A stretch of 64,000 nt of DNA from Pseudomonadota bacterium. Lineage in GTDB: Bacteria > Myxococcota > JACRCW01 > JAFGSX01. The translations under genes and the position numbers were made by a program. The stretch spans positions 23,692-87,691 of the forward strand of contig JBDRCO010000044.1 of the NCBI GenBank assembly GCA_043821645.1, given 5' to 3'. The first letter of the stretch is position 1. Each line of letters begins with the position of its first letter. The notes under the pieces were generated by a model. It ran no database searches and was not told the DNA's origin. It saw only the letters and a program-made list of their open reading frames with translations. Shown piece by piece: positions 38,771 through 50,262 of this stretch.

Positions 38771-40654
38771 ATGAGCACGACCGCCGACAAGAACGCCGAC
38801 GGACGCGCCGCGCCGCGGATGCTGTTTCTGTTCCCGCCGCAGTGGACGCCGCAGAACCCGCACTTCGTGCTGACCTCGCTCACCGGCACCCTGCGGGAGC
38901 GCGGTTACCACGTCGACGCGGTCGATCTGAACATCCTGTTCTACACCAGCATCCTCACCCGGGAGGCGCTGGAGCTGTCGCGCACGCGTGCCCTGCTCGA
39001 GCACAAGTTCCTGTGCGACAAGCTGCGCCTGCAGTCCATCGTCGACGACACGGGGCTCGACTTTCAATTCGACGGCGCCAAGGCCGACCACATCGAGCAC
39101 TACGTCAAGAGCCATCCCGACGAGTTTGCCTCGATCCCGACCCTGATCGCGGACGCCCTGGCGACCCTGCGCGATCCCGTGCGCTACTACGACCCCGAGC
39201 AGTTCTGCGACGCCATGGAGATCGTGGACAATGCGCTGGAGATCTACTCGCTGCCGTTTTGGCCCAGCACCCTGCAGTTCAACTTCTTCGAGCACCCCCT
39301 GGCCCAGCTCAACTTCGAAGACATCGTCGGCTACGTCGACAATGAGCATGGCAACATGTTCATCAATTTCTTCGAGCGGCAGCTGCCGACGCTGACCACG
39401 GGCCAGTACGACGTCATCGCCCTGAGCATCAACACCTTCTCGCAGGTGCTGCCCGGGTTGACCCTGGCGCGCATGCTCAAGCGCGCGGTGTCGCCGGATG
39501 TGCACATCAACATCGGCGGCAATTTCTTCAGCCGCGTGCTCGACAACCTGCGCCAGAGGCCGGCCTTCTTCGAGGAGTTCTGCCACAGCATCACCTTCAG
39601 CGAGGGCGAGCGGCCGCTCAGTGCGCTGCTCGACGCGGTGGCGGGCAAGCGCCCTCTCGACGAGGTGCCCAACCTGCTGTTCCTCACCGACGACGGCGGC
39701 ACGGTCAAGCGCACCGAGGATGGCGAGCCCGAGCCTCTGGAGACGCGCGGCTTTCATGACCTGACCGGCCTGCCCATGTACCTGTACCTGATCCCGGACA
39801 CCGTGCTCTGCCTCGAGGCCAGCAAGGGGTGCTACTGGGGGCGCTGCTCGTTCTGCGACTCCTTCTTTGGGGTACGCAAGGATCAGGCCTCGATCGATCG
39901 CGTGATCAACGAGATCAAGCACGTCAACCAGAAGTGGGGTGTACGCCACTTCGAGTTCACCGACGAGTGCATGACCCCTCAGTACATGGAGGATCTGGCC
40001 GACCGCATCCTCGCCGAGGGACTGGACATCAGCTGGCTGTGCAACGGTCGGCTGGAGCGCACCTTCACCCGCGAGCGGCTGTTCAAGCTGCACCAGGCGG
40101 GTCTCAACCTGGTGCTGTGGGGATTCGAGTCGGGCTCCAAGCGCATCCTCGATCTGATCAACAAGGGTGTCGGCTTCGAGGAGCGCTGGGACGTGCTGAC
40201 GGACGCCGCCGACGCGGGCATCTGGAACAACGCGTACATCTTCTTTGGCTTCCCCACCGAGAGCAAGGACGAGGCCGATTCCACGGTGCGTGCGATCAGC
40301 GACCACACGGATCTGATCCACAGCTACGGGCGGTCGATCTTCACCCTGGGCAAGCAGAGCATCCTGCGCGACGAGGCCAAGAACTATGGCATCGTCGACA
40401 TCCTGACCGATGACCAGGAGTTCTCGACCAACCTGTTCTTCAAGGCCAGTGCCGGCATGAGCGACGAGGAGTCCAAGGAGTTCTTGACCCAGAGCACGGT
40501 GCGCTGTGCAGCGGCCTATGGCGGTGCGCCGCTGTGGATGTTCCTGCGCTATCGCGAGGACCTGCACCTGTACATCGCCAAGCACGGACGCGAGTACGTC
40601 AGTCGCTACCAGGTGCGCAGTCGAGTCGTCAGCAACTTCGAGAAGGTCTGGTAG
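38771..40654 (+). CDS. B12-binding domain radical SAM protein (627 aa)
   Basis: FPPQW.P..P N-terminus, DVIALSI..FSQ, INIGG, KGCYWGRCSFC, FTDE, GFESG, IFFGFPTE. Confidence 0.9.
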   Translation: MSTTADKNADGRAAPRMLFLFPPQWTPQNPHFVLTSLTGTLRERGYHVDAVDLNILFYTSILTREALELSRTRALLEHKFLCDKLRLQSIVDDTGLDFQFDGAKADHIEHYVKSHPDEFASIPTLIADALATLRDPVRYYDPEQFCDAMEIVDNALEIYSLPFWPSTLQFNFFEHPLAQLNFEDIVGYVDNEHGNMFINFFERQLPTLTTGQYDVIALSINTFSQVLPGLTLARMLKRAVSPDVHINIGGNFFSRVLDNLRQRPAFFEEFCHSITFSEGERPLSALLDAVAGKRPLDEVPNLLFLTDDGGTVKRTEDGEPEPLETRGFHDLTGLPMYLYLIPDTVLCLEASKGCYWGRCSFCDSFFGVRKDQASIDRVINEIKHVNQKWGVRHFEFTDECMTPQYMEDLADRILAEGLDISWLCNGRLERTFTRERLFKLHQAGLNLVLWGFESGSKRILDLINKGVGFEERWDVLTDAADAGIWNNAYIFFGFPTESKDEADSTVRAISDHTDLIHSYGRSIFTLGKQSILRDEAKNYGIVDILTDDQEFSTNLFFKASAGMSDEESKEFLTQSTVRCAAAYGGAPLWMFLRYREDLHLYIAKHGREYVSRYQVRSRVVSNFEKVW

Positions 40655-40665
40655 GGGAGAAAGCC

Positions 40666-41421
40666 ATGAATACAAAAGCCGGGTCCAACCTCAAGGAGAG
40701 CAAGGCGCGCGGCTGGGAGATCGATGCCCGGGGCCGCGTCAAGATCGTCGAGCCCTTCACCACCGATCCGCCCGACGAGTACTTCATCATGCGGTCCGAA
40801 AAGAACCAGGTGATGGAGATCCAGGAGGTCAAGAAGCGCCCCGAGCTGGCGACCTGTGGTTTTCTCCAGTACGACGCGAAGAAGCACGTCGTGGCCTCGG
40901 TGTGGAAGGAGCGCAAGGGCATCGTCGTCACCAGCTTTTACTACAGCTACGACGAGCGCGGCACCATGACCCGGCGCGAGGAGAGGACCAAGACCGGACG
41001 GGTGCTGTACACCACCGAGTGTCGCTGCGACGACAGTGGCAACCTGCTCGAGGAGCGCTACCTGAAGGGTGAGGAGTTTCTGGGTCGCAACGAGTACACC
41101 TACGACGCCCAGAGCCGCATCGCCAGCGAGACCCACTTCGACAACGAGGACAAGTGCTCGGGCTCGTACCACTTCAAGTACGACGAGAAGGGGCGCTGTA
41201 TCTCCCGCGCCTGGCACAACCTCGAGGGCAAGCTGATGACCACCTTCAGCTACACCCTGGACGACAAGGGCAACCGCATTCGCGCCGAGTTGCTCAAGGC
41301 GGGGCAGATCGAGAACGTGCAGGAGTTCACCTACGATGCCCGCGGCAACTTGCTCGAGGAGCGCTGGAAGGATGCCGACGGAACCCTGCTGCGCACCATC
41401 CCCCACAGGGCGGCGGACTAG
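40666..41421 (+). CDS. Stand-alone YD-repeat protein (251 aa)
   Basis: About 24-aa repeats YSYDERG, CDDSGNL, YTYDAQSR, FKYDEKG, TLDDKGN, FTYDARGNL; RBS GGGGAG. Confidence 0.78.
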   Translation: MNTKAGSNLKESKARGWEIDARGRVKIVEPFTTDPPDEYFIMRSEKNQVMEIQEVKKRPELATCGFLQYDAKKHVVASVWKERKGIVVTSFYYSYDERGTMTRREERTKTGRVLYTTECRCDDSGNLLEERYLKGEEFLGRNEYTYDAQSRIASETHFDNEDKCSGSYHFKYDEKGRCISRAWHNLEGKLMTTFSYTLDDKGNRIRAELLKAGQIENVQEFTYDARGNLLEERWKDADGTLLRTIPHRAAD

Positions 41422-41519
41422 AGCCCTTCTTTTTCACGACCACCCCTCCCGCCACCTCCGGCTGTGACCTGATCCAGACGGATTTCTCAGCCACGAATCC
41501 CCTGGGCACTGCAACGCGC

Positions 41520-41549
41520 TTGCCACCCCCTTGCGCGCGCCTATATTCT
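41520..41549 (+). promoter_or_regulatory. Possible promoter for lon
   Basis: TTGCCA-N16-TATATT (or N18-TATTCT) upstream of the lon start. Confidence 0.35.
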
Positions 41550-41658
41550 GCCCATCCCCGCACGCGCGGGGTTCGGGTGTGGTCTGCTCGCACTCGCCGT
41601 CCGCATAGCCACCTGCTTCGCTGCCCGTTGCCGCGAAGTCGTGAAATGGGAGTTCATC

Positions 41659-44151
<2,493 letters not shown>

Positions 44152-44254
44152 CGCGGGCACGATCGCCTCGTGCAGCATGCTTCAAGCGCCGCCGGGTTCG
44201 TGATAGCAACACAGTCTCGACGACGCTGAACGTCCCGCGTCCGCGAGGCTGCGC

Positions 44255-45370
44255 ATGGCCCTCTCGATACAGGCGGTCCACAACCGCCTCGACCTGCGAC
44301 GCTGGCACGCCCTCGGCGAGCAGGTGTACAGGCCCTACCCCCTGCATCGCAGCACCGGCGATGACATCGCGCACTGGCTCATCGGCGGCAAGTCGCTGTT
44401 TTGCCGCCATGCCAGCATCACCCCCTACCTTCTCAAGAACGGCTGGCACGCGGTGGGGCGCTTTGCCCTGATTCGCGACGAGCGCAGGCCCGAGGTGGTG
44501 CAGGTGGCCTTCTTCGAGGCGCTTCCCGGACTCGAGGGCGTTCGTGATGCCATCCTGCTCAAGGCGCGCGCGATGCACCCCGAGTGCGCGGACATCGTGG
44601 TCGGTCTCGACGGCCACCTCAACTACGCCTGCGGCTTTCTGGTCGATCGCCACGACGAGCCGCCGGTGTTCGGCTTGCCCTACACGCCTCCATACTACCT
44701 GGACTACTTTGAGGGCCTGCGGCGTCGGGACATGGTCTCGTATCGTTTTCAGAACCAGGGCTTTTACGACCTGAGACGTGTCGTCGAGCCGGCCCTCGAT
44801 CTCAGCGGCGTGACCATCCGGCTGTGGGATAAAAGGCAGTTCGCGCGCGAGATGGACATCTACACGCACCTCAACAACGTGTGCTTCCACGATCACCCGT
44901 ACTGGGCGGCGCGGCAGTCCAGCGAGGACCAGGAGCTGTTCGAGGGCTTCAAGTGGTTCCTCGACGACGATCATCTGATCATCGCCGAGAAGGAAGGCCA
45001 GCCCATAGGCTTCTTGCTGTGGTACCCCGACTTCAACGAGCTGGTGGGCCCGGGACAAGCTCTGGGTGTGAAGGCGCTGCTGAAGTACCGCGCGCTCAAG
45101 GCCGCGGGACGCCATCCCATCAAAGCGGTGCGCCTGACCGAGATCGCCGTGCACCCGGCACATCGCTCACGCAAGGTGCTGGCGGGTATGACCATGAAGA
45201 TGATCGAGCGGGTCGAGGCGAGCGGCCACCTGTTCACCGAGGGAGGCTTCATCTTCGAAGAGAATCAGAGTTCGATAGGCTACACCCTGGCCTACATCAG
45301 CCGCGCCATGGGTCGTGAACCTGAACCTTTTCGCCGCTACTGTCTCTTCGAGGGGGAGTTGAGGTCGTGA
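44255..45370 (+). CDS. Tandem GNAT-fold acyltransferase (YghO / bacterial ceramide synthase-like family)
   Basis: VGRFALI, AFFE, GFLVD...P..GLPYTPPYY, IGFLLWYPDFNE, IAVHP.HR, FIFEEN..S. Confidence 0.65.
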   Translation: MALSIQAVHNRLDLRRWHALGEQVYRPYPLHRSTGDDIAHWLIGGKSLFCRHASITPYLLKNGWHAVGRFALIRDERRPEVVQVAFFEALPGLEGVRDAILLKARAMHPECADIVVGLDGHLNYACGFLVDRHDEPPVFGLPYTPPYYLDYFEGLRRRDMVSYRFQNQGFYDLRRVVEPALDLSGVTIRLWDKRQFAREMDIYTHLNNVCFHDHPYWAARQSSEDQELFEGFKWFLDDDHLIIAEKEGQPIGFLLWYPDFNELVGPGQALGVKALLKYRALKAAGRHPIKAVRLTEIAVHPAHRSRKVLAGMTMKMIERVEASGHLFTEGGFIFEENQSSIGYTLAYISRAMGREPEPFRRYCLFEGELRS

Positions 45371-45425
45371 ACGGGATCGGACGTCCCAAAAGACTGTGTC
45401 GAGGCGGAGGGGGAGGCGTGGAGTG

Positions 45426-46445
45426 ATGGTTGCCGAGCCTCGCATCCTGGTGGCCAGGATCGCGCGTGCAAGCCTGCTGGTGCCCGAGTGGGATGCGCTG
45501 TGTACGAGTCCGTTTCAGCGCCGCGACTTCTTGACCCACCTCGAGGACACCAATGCATGCCGGCAGCGTTACTACGAGCTGCGCGACGACTCAGGCGCGC
45601 TGCGCGCCGGTGCCATCGTCTATACCCTGCCTCTGGACCTGCTCACCTACAGCCATATGCCCAGTCGCATGACCCTGAACTTCCTGGGCGTCCCCTGCTC
45701 GCAATCGGCCCCCGGAGTGGTGGGTGCGCCGGAGTCGACGCGGCGCCTGATCGAGCGCTTGCCCCTCGAGGAACCGCGCTTCGTGGTCGGGCTCAACCTC
45801 GATCACAGGCTGGGGCTCAAGGGTTTCGTCGAGGGGCGCAACCTGCCTACCGTGATCATCGACCGTGGTTTTGACAGCTTTGACGACTACCTCGGCGCGC
45901 TGCGCAGCGACTACCGGCGGCGGCTGAGCAAGATCGTGAAGGCCTTTGCGGATGTCGAGGTCCAGCGATCGTCCTGCAGCGACTTCGACGACACCATGTA
46001 TACCCAGTATCTCGACGTGTACGGCCGCAGCGATGCCAAGCTCGAGAAGCTCGACAAGATCTTCTTCGACCGGCTTGATGCGCGCTTCGTGCTCACGGCC
46101 TATCGCCGTGCCGGCGCCCTCCTTGGCTGGCACATCACACTGGTCGACGGGGAGACCTGCTACTTCTTGCTCGAGGGCCACGATCCCGAAGTGGAGCACG
46201 GCTACTTCAACCTGCTCGTCGGGGTGCTGCGCGAGGCCATTGCCCGGGGTGCGCGGCGTATCGATCTGGGGCAGACCGCCGAGATTCCCAAGATGCGCCT
46301 GGGCGGAACTCTCGTCGAGAAGCATATGTTCGCCACGCACCCGAGTCGCGTGGTGCAGATGATGATTGCCCGTGGTTCGCGCTTTTTGGAATACCGGCGC
46401 CAGGTCCCGGCGGTGCATGTGTTCAAGGCGGATCCTGTCCGGTAA
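45426..46445 (+). CDS. GNAT / Fem-like acyltransferase
   Basis: PFQRRDFL.HLE, FDSFDDYLGALRSDYRR, YFNLL...AIARG...IDLGQTAEIPKMRLG. Confidence 0.8.
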   Translation: MVAEPRILVARIARASLLVPEWDALCTSPFQRRDFLTHLEDTNACRQRYYELRDDSGALRAGAIVYTLPLDLLTYSHMPSRMTLNFLGVPCSQSAPGVVGAPESTRRLIERLPLEEPRFVVGLNLDHRLGLKGFVEGRNLPTVIIDRGFDSFDDYLGALRSDYRRRLSKIVKAFADVEVQRSSCSDFDDTMYTQYLDVYGRSDAKLEKLDKIFFDRLDARFVLTAYRRAGALLGWHITLVDGETCYFLLEGHDPEVEHGYFNLLVGVLREAIARGARRIDLGQTAEIPKMRLGGTLVEKHMFATHPSRVVQMMIARGSRFLEYRRQVPAVHVFKADPVR

Positions 46446-46492
46446 TAGAGACCAGGCCAGTCTCTTCGCTGGCACCAGAGAAAGAGAAAAAC

Positions 46493-48862
46493 ATGCCTCG
46501 AACAGCGATTGCTGCCGGAGAGATGACGCCGACTCGCCGGATCCTTGGCGTCGCGCAGCTGACTTTCGTCGCATGCCTGATCTTGTGCGTACTGAGCTGG
46601 TACTCCGTAGTCTCCGTGCTGTGGCGCGAAGGTGTGCCGCCGGCCATGTGGGCAGCGAACATGCTGCAGAAGATCCTCGTCCTGTTCGCGGTCAGCGGTG
46701 TGACCGCGGTCGTGCTGAGACGGCTCGCGCATTCGGACATGGCGCTTCAGCGCATGGCTGCCGCTCAGGACAGGTTCATCAGGGCCTGCGCAGGCAGGCG
46801 TCTCGACATCGGCATTGCGGTGACGGCAGCCCTGGGTCTGTTGCTGGAACTTGCTCTCATTCGCTGGTACGGAGCCATGTTCCCGGTCTTCGCCTTCTAC
46901 AAGAACCTGAATCTGCTGGCCGCGTTTCTGGGACTCGGGCTGGGATACGCCATGAGCGGTCGGAAGCAGATCCCGATCGTCCTGGTGACGCCCTTGCTCG
47001 CGTGGCAGTTCTTCGTCATCCAGTGGCTCCGCTATGGCCCGCGGTTCTGGGACACGGTCCTCCTCAAGGGCGCACCCACGACGGAGCAGGTCGCCATGGG
47101 CTTGGCTCCTGTACAGTGGACGCAAGAACTCGTTCTCTTCGGGTTCCTGGTGACGGTCTTTTCTCTTCAAGTTCTGACGCTCTTGCCGCTGGGACAACTT
47201 TGCGGTTCGTTGATGAACCGAAGACCACAGCTCAGAGCATACGGACTCAACCTTCTCGGCAGCCTGCTAGGTGTGCTGGCGATGCATTTCCTGGCGCGAG
47301 AATGGACTCCACCCGTCATCTGGTTCGGCATCGCGATCATCGGCCTCGCTCTCGTTCAGGTCTTTTCCCGCAAGGCCATGGCGACCTGTCTGGTTGCTGG
47401 AGCCCTGGGCCTGATCGCCCTCACGTGGCCCTCGAAGGACTTCGTGATGACCGTAGATTCTCCCTACCAGCGGCTCGAGGTCTTCCTCTCCGGAGGACAC
47501 ATCGAACTTCGCGCAGCGGGCCACTACTACCAGCGCATTCATGACTTTTCCAAGATCTCGCGGGACCATAGCGACGCCGTGGCCTGGTACTACGAGCTTC
47601 CGTATCGCATCAGAAATAGCACCGAAAAGGTCGCCATCGTTGGCGCCGGGACCGGAAACGACGTTGCGGCGGCGCTCCGCATGGGGGTCGAGGAGATCGA
47701 CGCGGTCGAGATCGATGAGGCGATTCTAGAACTCGGTATCCGCGCCCATCCCGAGCACCCGTACTGGAGTGACAAGGTCCGGCCTGTCGTCGATGACGCG
47801 CGCTCCTTCTTTCGCACCACACCTCGGGTCTACGACGCCATCGTCTATGGACTGCTCGATTCGCATACCGTCATCAGCCAGAACTCCAGTGTCCGGCTGG
47901 ACTCCTTCGTCTACACCGTCGAGGGCTTTCGCGATGCCAGGGCTCGGCTCGCTCCCGGGGGACTTCTCAGTCTCTCGTTCTCCATCATGACACTGGAACT
48001 TGGACGCAAGCTCTACCTGATGCTCAACGAGGCGTTTGACAACTGTCCGCCCAGAGTTCTGCGGAGTCAAAAAGACGGCGGCGTGGTGTTTCTATCCGCC
48101 GAGACAGTGGCGCCGACGGTCCCCTTGGGGATGCTCGTATCCGGTTCATTTTCCGACGTCACCGAGATGTTTGCGGATGCATCCATCCAAGCAGACGTCT
48201 CGACCGATGACTGGCCATTCTTCTACATGCCACGCAGGGTGTTCCCTGTCCGTTACGTCGTTGTTCTCCTCGTCGTGATCCTGCTGTCGCTCTTTCTTGT
48301 GGTCCGCATCTTTGGCCAGGATGCACTCCAAAGACCCGGTGCGGACACGCTGACTGCGTTCTTGCTTGGCGCTGGGTTCATGCTCGTCGAGACCAAGGCG
48401 ATCACGGAGCTCGGGCTGGTCTTTGGAAACACCTGGGAGGTCGTCGCCATCGCCATCGCCGGCGTTCTAATCATGGCCTTTGCGGCAAATTCCCTGGTGC
48501 ATTTCTGGCGGCCCAGACCGCAAATCCTGGTCTTCGTGCTCCTCGTTGCGAGCATCGGGCTCGGGTTGGCAGTGGCCAGGATGGGCGGACTCGGTGCGAC
48601 GTTCGGCGGGCGCCTGGGTACGGTTGCCTTGCTCACGTTGCCTCTGCTGTTCAGCGGGCTGTGCTTCTCCTCGTTGATCGCGAACACGAGCAACCTGGCT
48701 GGCATCATGGCGTCGAACATCTTTGGCGCGATGCTGGGTGGAATGCTCGAGTACAACGCCATGTATTTTGGCTTCGCCTCTCTCTACATCTTGGCGATGG
48801 CCCTTTACCTTCTTGCCGCAGTGGCTGCCAGCCTCGTCCGGCGGCCGTCAGGACCTGCTTGA
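46493..48862 (+). CDS. Membrane-bound spermidine synthase-like / SAM-binding protein, lower GC than neighbours
   Basis: LELALIRW, YGLNLLGS, DSPYQ, VAIVGAGTGNDV, AVEID, DDARSF, STDDWPFFY, GAGFMLVET; TM blocks at both ends. Confidence 0.8.
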   Translation: MPRTAIAAGEMTPTRRILGVAQLTFVACLILCVLSWYSVVSVLWREGVPPAMWAANMLQKILVLFAVSGVTAVVLRRLAHSDMALQRMAAAQDRFIRACAGRRLDIGIAVTAALGLLLELALIRWYGAMFPVFAFYKNLNLLAAFLGLGLGYAMSGRKQIPIVLVTPLLAWQFFVIQWLRYGPRFWDTVLLKGAPTTEQVAMGLAPVQWTQELVLFGFLVTVFSLQVLTLLPLGQLCGSLMNRRPQLRAYGLNLLGSLLGVLAMHFLAREWTPPVIWFGIAIIGLALVQVFSRKAMATCLVAGALGLIALTWPSKDFVMTVDSPYQRLEVFLSGGHIELRAAGHYYQRIHDFSKISRDHSDAVAWYYELPYRIRNSTEKVAIVGAGTGNDVAAALRMGVEEIDAVEIDEAILELGIRAHPEHPYWSDKVRPVVDDARSFFRTTPRVYDAIVYGLLDSHTVISQNSSVRLDSFVYTVEGFRDARARLAPGGLLSLSFSIMTLELGRKLYLMLNEAFDNCPPRVLRSQKDGGVVFLSAETVAPTVPLGMLVSGSFSDVTEMFADASIQADVSTDDWPFFYMPRRVFPVRYVVVLLVVILLSLFLVVRIFGQDALQRPGADTLTAFLLGAGFMLVETKAITELGLVFGNTWEVVAIAIAGVLIMAFAANSLVHFWRPRPQILVFVLLVASIGLGLAVARMGGLGATFGGRLGTVALLTLPLLFSGLCFSSLIANTSNLAGIMASNIFGAMLGGMLEYNAMYFGFASLYILAMALYLLAAVAASLVRRPSGPA

Positions 48863-50235
48863 CGAATCTTCTGCGCATCCTCGCCTACAAGCCCGGTCCC
48901 GCGCGCCAGACCGTGGGCATGCAGGGGCTGGTGTGCTGCGAGCCCCTGGAGCTGGAGTGGCTGTACACCTATCTCGAGGGTTACGACGTCACCCTGCTCG
49001 ATGGAATGACCGACGACACAGACCCGGTGGCGCTGGCGCGGGTGCAGCGGGTCGAGGTGGTGCTGCTGACGGCCTTCATCACCCATGTCGAGGTCGTGCG
49101 CGAGCTGGCGGTGCGTTTCGCCAAGCTCGACTCGCCGCCGCGGGTCTTCGTGGGGGGGCCGCACGCCGAGGTCTGTCCCGAGCATTTCTTTTTCGAGGGC
49201 GTTCACGGCGTGTTCATGGCCAACCAGCTCGAGGCCGTGGCCGAGGTAACGCGCAGGGTGGCGGCAGGAAAAAACTTCAGCGACGTGGGCGGGTTGTGCG
49301 CACCTTCGGCGACAGGATGGACCACCAACCCGGCATCGCCCCTGGACCCCGCGACGCTGCGCGCACCGCGCCGGGTGCTGCTCGAGAAAGATCCCGACGC
49401 ATATTTTTACCTACACCATCCGCGCTGTGCCTCGGTCAAGACGGCCTTCGGCTGCCACGAGAAGTGCAGCTTCTGCTTCTGCACGGCCATGCATGGTGGG
49501 CGCTACGGGCCCCGACCGCTGGACGCCGTGATCGACGAGATCGCCGAGCTGTCCGTCAACAATGTGTTCATCCTCGACGACAACTTCTTGTCGAGCGAGC
49601 GCCGGGTTCAGGACTTCATCGCCCGGGCGCGCGAACGCGGTCTGGCCAAGCACTACATCGTCTACGGCGACGCGGCCTTCATCGCCAGCCACGAGGCGCT
49701 GATCGCCGAGTTCGTGGCCGTAGGTCTGCGCTCGGTGATCGTGGGTTTCGAGTCCATTGACGACGACGAGCTGGGGGACATGAACAAGCGCGCGCGGCGC
49801 GTGGACAACGACCGCACGGTCGAGATCTGTCACACGCTCGGGCTGGAGCTCATTGCCCTGTTCATCGCGGATCCGGCGTGGCAACCCTGGCAGTTCAAGC
49901 AGCTCGCGCGCTACATCCGGCAGCAGAAGATCCCCTTTGCGATGTTCTCGACCCGGACCGTGCTACCGGGCACGGCGCTGGCGAAGGGGCGCGCCTTTGG
50001 CCAGGACACCAGCTTCTGGCGCTACGATTTCTTGCGCCTGACCGAGAAGCCCCGTCACATGACACGGCTCGGCTACTACTTGAGGCTCTTTGGTCTGTAC
50101 CTGGTGCCCAACCTGGGTGGCCAGGCCCTGGGTTTCATCCGCCGTGAGCTGGGAGTGTGGGGGACCCTGCGGCTGACCCTGCGTTCGCTGCTGTCAGGGG
50201 TCGAGCTGCTGTACAAGTTGATCAGGTGGGGATGA
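48859..50235 (+). CDS. B12-binding domain radical SAM protein (TTG start overlapping upstream stop)
   Basis: EPLELE, VGGPHA, KTAFGCHEKCSFC, LDDNF, VGFES, LPGT. Confidence 0.88.
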   Translation: MTNLLRILAYKPGPARQTVGMQGLVCCEPLELEWLYTYLEGYDVTLLDGMTDDTDPVALARVQRVEVVLLTAFITHVEVVRELAVRFAKLDSPPRVFVGGPHAEVCPEHFFFEGVHGVFMANQLEAVAEVTRRVAAGKNFSDVGGLCAPSATGWTTNPASPLDPATLRAPRRVLLEKDPDAYFYLHHPRCASVKTAFGCHEKCSFCFCTAMHGGRYGPRPLDAVIDEIAELSVNNVFILDDNFLSSERRVQDFIARARERGLAKHYIVYGDAAFIASHEALIAEFVAVGLRSVIVGFESIDDDELGDMNKRARRVDNDRTVEICHTLGLELIALFIADPAWQPWQFKQLARYIRQQKIPFAMFSTRTVLPGTALAKGRAFGQDTSFWRYDFLRLTEKPRHMTRLGYYLRLFGLYLVPNLGGQALGFIRRELGVWGTLRLTLRSLLSGVELLYKLIRWG

Positions 50236-50262
50236 GGGAGGGGGCCTGGGTCCGAGCGCGCG

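Noticed and set aside
40666-41421. RHS toxin
   Set aside because: Only 251 aa, no PxxxxDPxG core, no toxin tip or immunity gene
46493-48862. Mobile element call for the lower-GC gene
   Set aside because: No transposase, integrase, terminal inverted repeats or target duplication visible
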